Origin: Opitutia bacterium | Lineage (GTDB): Bacteria > Verrucomicrobiota > Verrucomicrobiia > Opitutales > Seribacteraceae | Assembly (NCBI GenBank): GCA_002730975.1 | Contig: PCBO01000062.1 | Location: 213 to 64,212 of the forward strand | Reading direction: 5' to 3' | DNA: 64,000 nt | Shown here: in pieces, positions 31,423 through 39,800 of the stretch | Layout of the letters: each line of letters opens with the position of its first letter | How positions within the stretch are numbered: position 1 is the first letter of the stretch | Program-made: the position numbers and the translations under genes | The notes under the pieces: generated by a model | Told to the model about the DNA's origin: nothing | Seen by the model: the letters and a program-made list of their open reading frames with translations, nothing else | The model's database searches: none

Positions 31423-32651
31423 TCGTGTTTCGCAATCAACTTGGAGAACGCAACCGAAGCTGCATTAACCGCTTGATCGATCGTCGTCTCCTCGTGGGCT
31501 CCGCATAGGAACCAATTATGGTGAGGATGAAAGAAAACGCCCTCCAAGGCGCAAAGTTCACAGAATTTCTGCAACAGGTAAAGATTGCCATCTCCATCGA
31601 ACCAAGGAAAGGGCATCGCAGGAGGCCCCGTAAGGCTAAACGAAAAGCCATGCTTAGCCCCGGCGTCACGAAGTCCCTTAGAAAGCCTGACCCCGAGCGT
31701 ATTCAGCTTATCCACAACATTGCGTTTCCGAGCTAGATCAAGGCACTTAATGGCAACTGTCATGGCCACCGCATCGTTCCAGCAGCTACCTGTGAGAAAA
31801 ACGTCTCTTGCCCCGCGGCGAAGGTCTTCTCGTCCTACGCAAGCGGAAATGGCGTAACCGTTACCCAACGCCTTGGAGTAACAAGCGATGTCTGGAGTGA
31901 AGCCAAAAAGACGGTGCGAACCACCCTCATGCAACCGAGAACCCGCTCGCACATCGTCGAGAACGAGAATGATGCCTTTATCCCGACATAATTCCTGCAC
32001 GCCCAACCAAAACCCATCCGCAGGCATTTCCGAGGGTCCAAAGGCGGCGTGATGATAGGGTGTAAGTACAATAGCGGCGACATCGTCCTCATGCTCCTTG
32101 GCGAGATCACGAAGTTCATCAAGATCGTTCCATTTGAATTCGTCAACGAAATCTCGATCCTCTGGAATTCGCCCGCCGAAACCGGGATCGCACCAAGCGT
32201 CCACCCCGTGGTAAGCGCCTCTCGCCTTCAAAACGAAACGGCGTTCGGTATGCTCCCGTGCCACACGGGTCGCCCAAGTCGTGACGTCCGAACCATTCTT
32301 GGCGAAAACAGCCCATTCCGCAAAGTCAATGCGCTCCACCATAGCCTCAGCCAACTCTACCATTCGGGCCGTCGGCTGATTGAGGACGGCTCCGTCCCGT
32401 CGTTGCAGTTCGGCAGCTTCCTCGATCTCGGAATCCCTATGCCCTAAGAGAATCGCGCCATAACCGCACATGAAGTCGAGCCAATCGTTCCCGTCCACGT
32501 CTCGAAAACGGCAACCTTCCGCACTCTCGGCGTAATGCGGAAAAACCTTCGGCAAACCACCTGCGGGGGCAAGATGACCGTAAATCCCTCCCGGTACAAC
32601 CTTCGTGGCCCGCAGAAACAGTTCGTCGGAACGTGTACGAGGGAGAGTCAT
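31419..32651 (-). CDS. class-III PLP aminotransferase (glutamate-1-semialdehyde aminomutase-like)
   Basis: GSDV..WA.R.AR, ILVLDDVR.G.R, PD.ACYSKALGNGY (PLP lysine). ATGA overlap with the upstream ORF. Its stop overlaps the Maf stop (CTAG). Confidence 0.85.
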   Translation of the reverse strand: MTLPRTRSDELFLRATKVVPGGIYGHLAPAGGLPKVFPHYAESAEGCRFRDVDGNDWLDFMCGYGAILLGHRDSEIEEAAELQRRDGAVLNQPTARMVELAEAMVERIDFAEWAVFAKNGSDVTTWATRVAREHTERRFVLKARGAYHGVDAWCDPGFGGRIPEDRDFVDEFKWNDLDELRDLAKEHEDDVAAIVLTPYHHAAFGPSEMPADGFWLGVQELCRDKGIILVLDDVRAGSRLHEGGSHRLFGFTPDIACYSKALGNGYAISACVGREDLRRGARDVFLTGSCWNDAVAMTVAIKCLDLARKRNVVDKLNTLGVRLSKGLRDAGAKHGFSFSLTGPPAMPFPWFDGDGNLYLLQKFCELCALEGVFFHPHHNWFLCGAHEETTIDQAVNAASVAFSKLIAKHD

Positions 32652-33337
32652 CTAGCAAAAACCAAGTTCCGAGCAGCTATATCGGCAACGTACCCCACCG
32701 ATTCAGCAAGGGGAATCCTACCCGTCACCTCCACCTCGCCAAGCGCCGGAGCCGCCAAAGAGTCCAGCTTTCCGTCGACTGCTCGGCACGCCACCTCCAA
32801 GTCGCGAAAGCAGACTCGGGCTGCGGGAATCTCAGGAGGTTCACCGCTTCCGGAACTATACCCAGCTTCAGGCTCAATACGGAACCACATGGATAAATCT
32901 TCTCCCCCCACCGTAAACGAAACCGTACCGGGCCTCTCCCTGCCAATGGCGTCGATGCAATTCGAATCGAGCTTGGCGTAAGATTCTGCTGCTCCCAAGC
33001 CTCCGCGCAGCCCCAAAGCAACCCTAGTCTTTAGATTCTCGGAATCGACCAACGCCGCAGCAAATGCTCTTAGGGTACAAATCACCCGAAAGGTTTGCAA
33101 AGGCCGGATAAGCATGGGAGCAATCCGAGGCATCGCAAACCCATGAGTAAGGGCTCTTAAAAATACCAAATAATCGGCAAAACAAAGCCCACCAGGCGAA
33201 AACCGAACCTCGCCGCTATCTGAAAAATTCACCTTTAAGGGCGTTCCCTTTCCACTCCGCTTTACCCATTCCTCGGAACAAGCCTCCAAGGCTCGGAAAG
33301 TAGCGGCAGAAACCAGGGTGTCCTTGATATCGTTCAT
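32648..33337 (-). CDS. hypothetical protein with SCP2-like (lipid-carrier-like) C-terminal pattern
   Basis: ATGA overlaps on both sides support a real CDS. The C-terminal VSFTVGGEDLSMWF...VCFRDLEVACRAVDGKLDSLAAPALGEVEVTGRIPLA resembles the SCP2 'Gkl.p..a...Gk..i.Gd..la' pattern. This is a weak assignment made by eye. Confidence 0.5.
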   Translation of the reverse strand: MNDIKDTLVSAATFRALEACSEEWVKRSGKGTPLKVNFSDSGEVRFSPGGLCFADYLVFLRALTHGFAMPRIAPMLIRPLQTFRVICTLRAFAAALVDSENLKTRVALGLRGGLGAAESYAKLDSNCIDAIGRERPGTVSFTVGGEDLSMWFRIEPEAGYSSGSGEPPEIPAARVCFRDLEVACRAVDGKLDSLAAPALGEVEVTGRIPLAESVGYVADIAARNLVFAR

Positions 33338-34452
33338 CGAGAAGCGACGATTTCACGTAGCTTCTCCAGAAAGCGCAAGGGCGTTTCCTTCCCGGCATAA
33401 GGCAAGGTCGCCGGCAGAGAGTGGGAAAGAAGAAGGCGCGGTACGTCTAAGGCTTTCTTGGTTGAGTTAAGTCCGCTCGTTCGCGTTTGCCAAAAACTCA
33501 GATTATTTTGCTCTTGGGGCATTACCCCGCGCGAAACATCGAAGAGCACAGGCGTCCCACAGGCAATGGCCTCGGACATAGTTCCGGCTCCGGGACGAGC
33601 GAAAAGCATAGTAGCCGAGCGCATTAGAAGGGCTATTTCCGAGGCCGGAATCGTGGGAAGCGGACGCAATGGAACCTTGGAGTGCTGCCCCATCGTCTCT
33701 AGCCAGCGCATGGTTTTTCGATTTTCCCCGCAAAGAGCCACAATTTGTGCCACTTTCCCTAGGGCACGAGTAGCGATGGCCACGGGCAAGTGCCTATTCA
33801 CCCCATTGGCTCCCGTTCCAAGAACAAGCAAAGGTAACTTCGGGTCTAAGTCCCACTTCTTACGCAAAAGAGCCTCATCGGCCTTGGCTTTGGGCTTTTC
33901 GAAAAAGGCCGGGCGCAGCAGCAAGCCAGCCTCGTATACCTTATCCTCAGGCATACCGCGGGAAATTGCAGCCTGACAAGTTTCGGGAAATGGACCTGCG
34001 AAAAGATCCGCATCGGGATTTACCCAATGTCGGCTAAATCCGGGGCCATCTCCAAGCTCTCCACAGTAAATGGAGAAAACCGGAGGTTTCTCGGGCATCG
34101 CATCCATCACGAGGTCGCGATAGCCATGGTTCAAATGGGCGTGCATGCTCACCACCACGTCCGGGGCACAATCCCGAACCACGGACTTGAATCGCTTTGC
34201 CCCTAAAATAAAACCTGCCCTCCTGTGCAGGCAAGCAGCCTCCAAAAAGGGAAAATATACCCGGTGCAACAAAGGAAAGGTCTTCTGAATCGAGTTGTAC
34301 AAACGAGTGCCGAACAGGTACAGGCGGCTACCGTATTCCAGAGGCTTGTAGATGCGAGTCGGTAACTTTTCTCCCCGAGCCCAATCACCGAGGGCCTTGG
34401 CTCGCATATCGTGTCCACCGCCTGTAGAAGAGGTAAGGATTAAAATTTTCAA
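33334..34452 (-). CDS. GT-B glycosyltransferase with MGDG-synthase/UgtP-like N-terminus (GT28-like)
   Basis: MKILILTSSTGGGHDMRAKAL N-terminus typical of monogalactosyl-/diglucosyl-diacylglycerol synthases. C-terminal ARPGAGTMSEA..CGTP nucleotide-sugar-binding motif. TTG start. Confidence 0.75.
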   Translation of the reverse strand: MKILILTSSTGGGHDMRAKALGDWARGEKLPTRIYKPLEYGSRLYLFGTRLYNSIQKTFPLLHRVYFPFLEAACLHRRAGFILGAKRFKSVVRDCAPDVVVSMHAHLNHGYRDLVMDAMPEKPPVFSIYCGELGDGPGFSRHWVNPDADLFAGPFPETCQAAISRGMPEDKVYEAGLLLRPAFFEKPKAKADEALLRKKWDLDPKLPLLVLGTGANGVNRHLPVAIATRALGKVAQIVALCGENRKTMRWLETMGQHSKVPLRPLPTIPASEIALLMRSATMLFARPGAGTMSEAIACGTPVLFDVSRGVMPQEQNNLSFWQTRTSGLNSTKKALDVPRLLLSHSLPATLPYAGKETPLRFLEKLREIVASR

Positions 34453-34456
34453 AACC

Positions 34457-34861
34457 TCAGTTTTGGGAAAACCCGATGGCCTCGTCCATCACTTTTGGAA
34501 GACATGAACAGAAATCGCTCCACACCACGGCCAACTCAGGTTCCTTAACTTCCAACAGTTCCCGAGCTTCGGCTCCCTCAACGCTCAAGAAAGTGTAGTA
34601 TTTAGTCCACACCGTCGGATCAAGCTCATCATCGGCGGGAAGATTGTCTAAGAGAAGCCGAACAGCCTTCAACCTCGCGAGGTCCAACAGGGGACGCTCG
34701 TTTTCGTCGAAATCCAACCTGTCCTCATATTCGAGAAGCTCTCTAAAGCCTAGCATGGTGCGCCCCAATCGACGATCGGGAGTAGTTTCCTCTCGAGCCC
34801 CGATCAAGGTTGTCAACACCTTTCCAAGTGCGGGGGTAAAGTCATGTTGCCCGGAACTCAT
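34457..34861 (-). CDS. hypothetical acidic 134-aa protein
   Basis: ATGA overlap with the DUF1015 stop and a 4-nt gap to the GT start. No motif recognised. Confidence 0.55.
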   Translation of the reverse strand: MSSGQHDFTPALGKVLTTLIGAREETTPDRRLGRTMLGFRELLEYEDRLDFDENERPLLDLARLKAVRLLLDNLPADDELDPTVWTKYYTFLSVEGAEARELLEVKEPELAVVWSDFCSCLPKVMDEAIGFSQN

Positions 34862-36102
34862 TCCAATTCGTGCACCACCAAGCCGCTGCGTAGCTTTGGT
34901 TCAAACCATGTGGTTTTGGGTGGCATTATTTGATCGGCATCGGCGATTCTGAGTAATTGTTTCATGGAAACGGGATGAAGAGCAAAAGCAACAGCCATTT
35001 CTCCGGAGTCCACTCGATGTTCAAGCTCATTCAGCCCCCGAATACCGCCAACAAAATCTATCCGCTTGTCGCGCCGTAAGTCGGTTATACCAAGAACAGG
35101 ATCCAATACATGATTGGAAAGAATCGTAACGTCAAGGGCGCCAATGGGGTCGTCATCGTCCCATACCTCCTCCTTCGCCCGGAGCAGGAACCAATTGCCC
35201 TTCAGGTAAAGGCCGAACTCCCGCATACCCGAAGGCCGACAAGCTCCAGTCGGCGAAGGCCTCACATCGAAGGAAGTTTCCAACTTTGCCAGAAACTCTT
35301 CCTCTGAAAGACCGTTAAGATCAGTAACAACTCGATTGTAGTCGAAAATCTGCAACTGGTCCTCCGGAAAGAGCACGGCTAGGAAAAAGTTGTATTCTTC
35401 CGACCCATCGTGGTCCGGATTGGCCTCTCGTCGCTCTTTGCCCACTCGGGCCGCAGCAGCCGTGCGGTGATGCCCGTCGGCCACATAAAGAAAAGGCACA
35501 TCCGAAAAAAGACACTGCAGACGAGACACCTCCTCGGAATCCGAAACGATCCAGAATTCGTGCCTGATGCCATCCTCGGAAGTAAAGTCGTATACAGGAA
35601 CGCCGGAAAGTTGCTCCAAAACAAACCCGTCGATGGCTTCGTTCCCGCGGTAGGAAAAGAAAACAGGCTCGGCATTCGCATTCAGAGTTTTCACATGCCG
35701 CACCCGATCGTCCTCCTTCACGGGGCGAGTAAGCTCGTGCTTCTTTATCCTGCCGTCGTAATACTCATCCACCATACAGCAGCCCACAACCCCCGTCTGG
35801 GAACGACCATCCATGGTCAGCCTATAGAGATAGTAGCTGGGCTCTTCATCCCGCTTCATATGCCCAAATTCCAACAATCGTCCAAAATTCTCCCTGCCCT
35901 TGGCATATACCTCGTCTCCGTAGGGATCGACGTCGGCCGGCAGGTCTATCTCAGGTTTCACAACATGAAGGAAGGATAGCGGGCAGCACGCCGCCTCCAC
36001 GCGAGCCTCGGCCGAATCAAGTACGTCGTACGGACGCGACGCAACCGCCGCAACGTTGTCGGAAAGAGGACGAATCCCTCGAAAAGGTCGAAAAGTAGCC
36101 AT
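34858..36102 (-). CDS. DUF1015 domain-containing protein
   Basis: MATFRPFRGIRP N-terminus, YDVL, PSYYLYR, GVVG, HE.T, ADGHHR motifs characteristic of DUF1015. The track ORF extension to 36264 was rejected because it is a hydrophobic, low-quality extension. Confidence 0.8.
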   Translation of the reverse strand: MATFRPFRGIRPLSDNVAAVASRPYDVLDSAEARVEAACCPLSFLHVVKPEIDLPADVDPYGDEVYAKGRENFGRLLEFGHMKRDEEPSYYLYRLTMDGRSQTGVVGCCMVDEYYDGRIKKHELTRPVKEDDRVRHVKTLNANAEPVFFSYRGNEAIDGFVLEQLSGVPVYDFTSEDGIRHEFWIVSDSEEVSRLQCLFSDVPFLYVADGHHRTAAAARVGKERREANPDHDGSEEYNFFLAVLFPEDQLQIFDYNRVVTDLNGLSEEEFLAKLETSFDVRPSPTGACRPSGMREFGLYLKGNWFLLRAKEEVWDDDDPIGALDVTILSNHVLDPVLGITDLRRDKRIDFVGGIRGLNELEHRVDSGEMAVAFALHPVSMKQLLRIADADQIMPPKTTWFEPKLRSGLVVHELE

Positions 36103-36890
36103 TGGAGAAAAGTAATAGAGAGTTTTGCGGAAGTCGGCAATTTTTACCACTCCCATGAGTAAAAAAACTCCACAACCAACCATTCGCCGCCGAAAGGTCA
36201 ATGTGTAAGAGAAACAAAACAAAAGAAAGTTGCCGATATCGAAATCCGAAAAAAAGGCTTCCAATCAATGCCGGCAATGATCGAGGACATAGAGTATTCT
36301 TCCCCCCTTGCGTAGGCCATTACTATACGTATCCGCCCTTGCGATCCCATCAAATCATTCGCGAGGTACCGATCAGCCATCGCCTTGAGCATTGCGGGCA
36401 ACCCGTATTTCCAACAGTTGGGGAAGCGTCCCGCGTCTTAGCTCATTAATGTTAAGGAGGATGAGCAAATCTGCGTATCGTTCCACCTCAACTTTCCCAT
36501 GAGATTGTTTCGGTTGTTCGACCATTGACTAATCATTACGCTTGATTGGTTCGAACACTCATCCATCCCATTCTCCGTCATGTTCTCGCACTGGAAAAAC
36601 GACAATTACTACTTGGCCGGCTCGTAGGCATAGAAACGCAACTCAATACCTTCACTACATCCCAACTAAGAGCGAGGCTAATCCTTAGGCACGAAACCGA
36701 AAGCAACTCCACGAGTCGAAGTAAAATCTATGCCAACCTCTAATTCCTAAAAAAAGAATCAAATGAAGGGTGAACCTTCTGTTTATGGAAGTGCATGACA
36801 ACCCAGGAGGCAACACTTGAACTCCATCATAAGAATCATGATTTTCCAAGCTAAAGGAACGCAGAGACAAAAACGGAAGATGTAAGCCGT

Positions 36891-39800
36891 TTACGATTGG
36901 GGGACTTGTGCGGGCCCAGCCTGCACCGAAGGTAGGTAGCGGTAATAGACCTCGAGGGAAAGAGTAGCGATGGCAGTGGTGATGACACGCCCCATCTGCT
37001 TGGAATGATTACCGTGCTTGTAGTCCCAACTTCCTTCATCTCGTCCGCCTTTAACTTGACGGTCGATAAGGATTTCGCGCATCAAGGGATTCCACTTTTC
37101 CCAGACTTCCCCCTTATTGACGTAAGAACTGAGAGTACCGTAATACCAGTAGTAATAGTCGGCCTGATTACCCTTGTTTTTCGGGAGATGTTGCAGCATG
37201 TGATCGGCTGATTCCTTCATTCGCGGGTGACTCGAATCCATTGTTCCGAGAATTTGCTGGGAGAACATTCCCTCCGCGACCATGGCCGAAGTCTTGAACC
37301 CGGCTCGATCATAACCATAGATGCCTTTTTTGCTACCGGCTGAGACTCGGTCCAACCATACGCCCGCAAGTCTGAGAGATTCGGAAGGTATCTCTATCCC
37401 GGCCAAGTCCGCGCTTTTAAGCGCCATCAGTTGCCAGCCCGAAACCGAAGTATCCATACGTTTGGACTTCGGACGATAGTCCCAAGCTCCATGGCTCTTA
37501 TTCTGGGCGGCAACAACGAAATCAACCGCTTGCTGCAAGGTTTCCCGCAGCGACGGATCCTTAGTCAGCCCGTAAGCTTCGGCAAGAGCGAGAGTGGCTA
37601 CGCCATGATCGTACATTCCGTTGTGTTGACCATTGGTAAAATCACCTTTCTTGGCTTGATCCATCAACCATTGAACGCCCTTCTCCACAGTCTCGCGATA
37701 AGGACCATCCTTGTTGTGCTTTGCTCCCCACCCGAAATAGCAAAGAAGAGCAAAGGAGGTCGAAGCTATGTCGTGGTTTTTCTGCCCTCCGTGCTTGTGT
37801 ATCGCCCAACGCCCATCTTTCTCCTGATGGCGGCTAAACCAGTCTAAAGCACGTGAAACAGCCTCCTCGCTTTCCTTAGTTCCCCCCAATCTCTCGAGAA
37901 CCCGTGCGCGTTGCTTCGGATCGCGTAGGATGTAAGGTTTATCGGTAGAAGGCTTGCTCTCGAGAGCAAGTTTCGGAGAAGTGCCCGAGAGAGGTAGTCG
38001 AAGACTTATGGGGTTGGACAGTTTAGGTCCGGATACATTTGGCAAGGAAGAAGCTAAACGAAACTTAGGAAGTTTGAGAACCGCGGAGTTGGTCGACCTC
38101 AATCCAGTAAGCGTCGCCAGTCCGGATGGCGCGGCAAGGGGGCTGGAGGTAACCGCGGACAAGGCGGCAAGCTTGTCCACACCGGAATCAGTGGCGATCG
38201 CGGCAATTTGAGCCTCGACCGGGCCACCTGAAATGTCTCGGGCGTTCTCCAAAGTAATCGGGGTAGTCATTTGGCTCACTTTGGGACCGTCGGCTAGTGG
38301 CGACGGTTTGTTGCGAAACGCGGCGAGAGAGTCTGATACGGGTGCTTCCGAGAGAGCAAGGGTCACCTTTTGATTGGCGGCCGAGACCTTGCTGATTGTT
38401 CCGTCGGGGATTACGGTCGTCTCCACGGCGGTGGGTTCAGCACTGTCGGAGGCATTGGCCGAACCAGCCAAGGCAGCAGCCTTCGCAATGGAAGAATCGG
38501 TGGAGGGTGGAGCGACGTTAGGTACATCTTCCACCTTTTCCACTTCAGCGCGCCCCTCGAGGCTAACAGTAAAGGATGATTGAGCAGGCGATTTATTTTC
38601 GGTCAGCGGAATGCTGGAAAGGTTTTCCAACTTATCTGACTCCTCACGGGTATTCATGGGAGTCACGATACTATTCAGAACCGATACAGCCTTAGCCAGT
38701 TCACCTCCACTGATCTCAGTCGAGGCTTTCTCGGGTAGGGCCTCGGACTCGGTATTCGGAGAAAAGGGGGCGGCCTTGGCGACAGCGGAGTCGGCGGAAG
38801 GAACGGTAACATCGGGGGTATCATCGCCCTTTTCCAATTGGGTGCGACCTTCGAGCTTGAGGGCAAGTGAAGACTGAGATGTGCTGTTGTTCTCGGACAA
38901 AGGAAGCTGAGAAAGGTTTCCCAGCTTATCCGATTCCTCACTTGCGTTCTTGGGGGCTTCCACGCTCTTGAGAGCGGACTCGGCCATAGCCAACTCCCCG
39001 CCACGTATCTCCGCCACGGCTCGCTTGGGCGAATCGCTGGCCTCCGCATTTGGCGACAGATCGGCAGCCTTGGCGACAGACTCATCCGAAGTGGGTGCCT
39101 GTACTTGAGGCACGTTTTCAGCCTTTTCAATTTGTCGATCACTCTCGAGAGTAACCTCGACTCGGGACGAAGACTCGGCAGGCTTCAATTCGATATCGGT
39201 AACCTTGGACAATTCCTCGGGTGTTGGTTGCGATAGAGATTCGGGAGCTTCAACAGGTTGAACGGCCGAAGTTTCGGCCAGCTCGACCTGTTCTTGAATC
39301 TTGAGGCTCGGAGCTTTCTCGGCAATGTCCTCAAGTTGCTCGATGGGGGTATTGGACCGACTGGTCGGTGCGACGTCGCTGAACTCGAGAAACTTTGGTT
39401 CCGCCTGAGCCTCCACAGGTTCGGACTGTTCGAGACGGAAGGTTGGTAGAGTAAAGGAAAGAGCCTTGAGGGGTTGCGTCTCGGGTTTTGAAAGGGTCTC
39501 GGCGGGAAGCTCAACCGGGTTGGGAGGAGTCGGAACCTCCATTCGGATAGCAGGTTGATTCTCAACGACAAAGGAGTTCTCGATCGGCTGAGTGGAGGGA
39601 GCTTCGGCCGCTTCGGTTGGCACTTCGACGGGTTCGACGTATTGACGAACAATTTCGGCCTCCTTCGATTCCTGGACCTCGGGCAGTTCCGTCGTCTCCT
39701 CTCGGATATCGAGAGCCTCCTTCTCCATCGCGAGGGCATCGACGTCAAGATTAGCCTCCATAATGGTCGCCTCTTTCATCTCGATGACTTCCTGGACCAA

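Noticed and set aside
33334-34452. The GT-B enzyme as the missing PseG (UDP-sugar hydrolase) of the pseudaminic acid pathway.
   Set aside because: Its N-terminus (MKILILTSSTGGGHDMRAKAL) is the MGDG-synthase/UgtP type, not the PseG/MurG-like GxGH pattern I recall. It is translationally coupled to the DUF1015 operon rather than to pseB-pseI. I left it as a generic GT.
36103-36264. N-terminal extensions offered by the ORF track: DUF1015 to 36264, pseB to 29921, the giant ORF to 41297, ADH to 25486, exbB to 42507, the YdjM-like gene to 8455 and the CysZ-like gene from 13505.
   Set aside because: Internal Met codons reproduce the conserved family N-termini and remove overlaps with neighbouring genes. 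The extensions have no family-like sequence.
36548-36627. tmRNA-like signals in the long gap: a GGTTCGAA T-loop-like motif (36548-36555), followed by a short frame AAC GAC AAT TAC TAC TTG GCC GGC TCG TAG that encodes NDNYYLAGS*. This resembles an ssrA tag (ANDNY..LAA).
   Set aside because: There is no GGGG acceptor 5' end and no CCA-proximal acceptor/T-arm pairing. The putative T-stem has a mismatch (GATTG/CACTC). The tag ends in AGS rather than the usual hydrophobic LAA/VAA. A permuted tmRNA cannot be supported by eye. Only an Infernal/ARAGORN scan could revive the idea.
38340-39250. A periodic repeat that could be mistaken for a CRISPR or other non-coding array.
   Set aside because: The period is 294 nt, the copies are diverged, there is no short-repeat/spacer structure, and the array is in frame within a 4.2-kb ORF. 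It is a coding tandem repeat.
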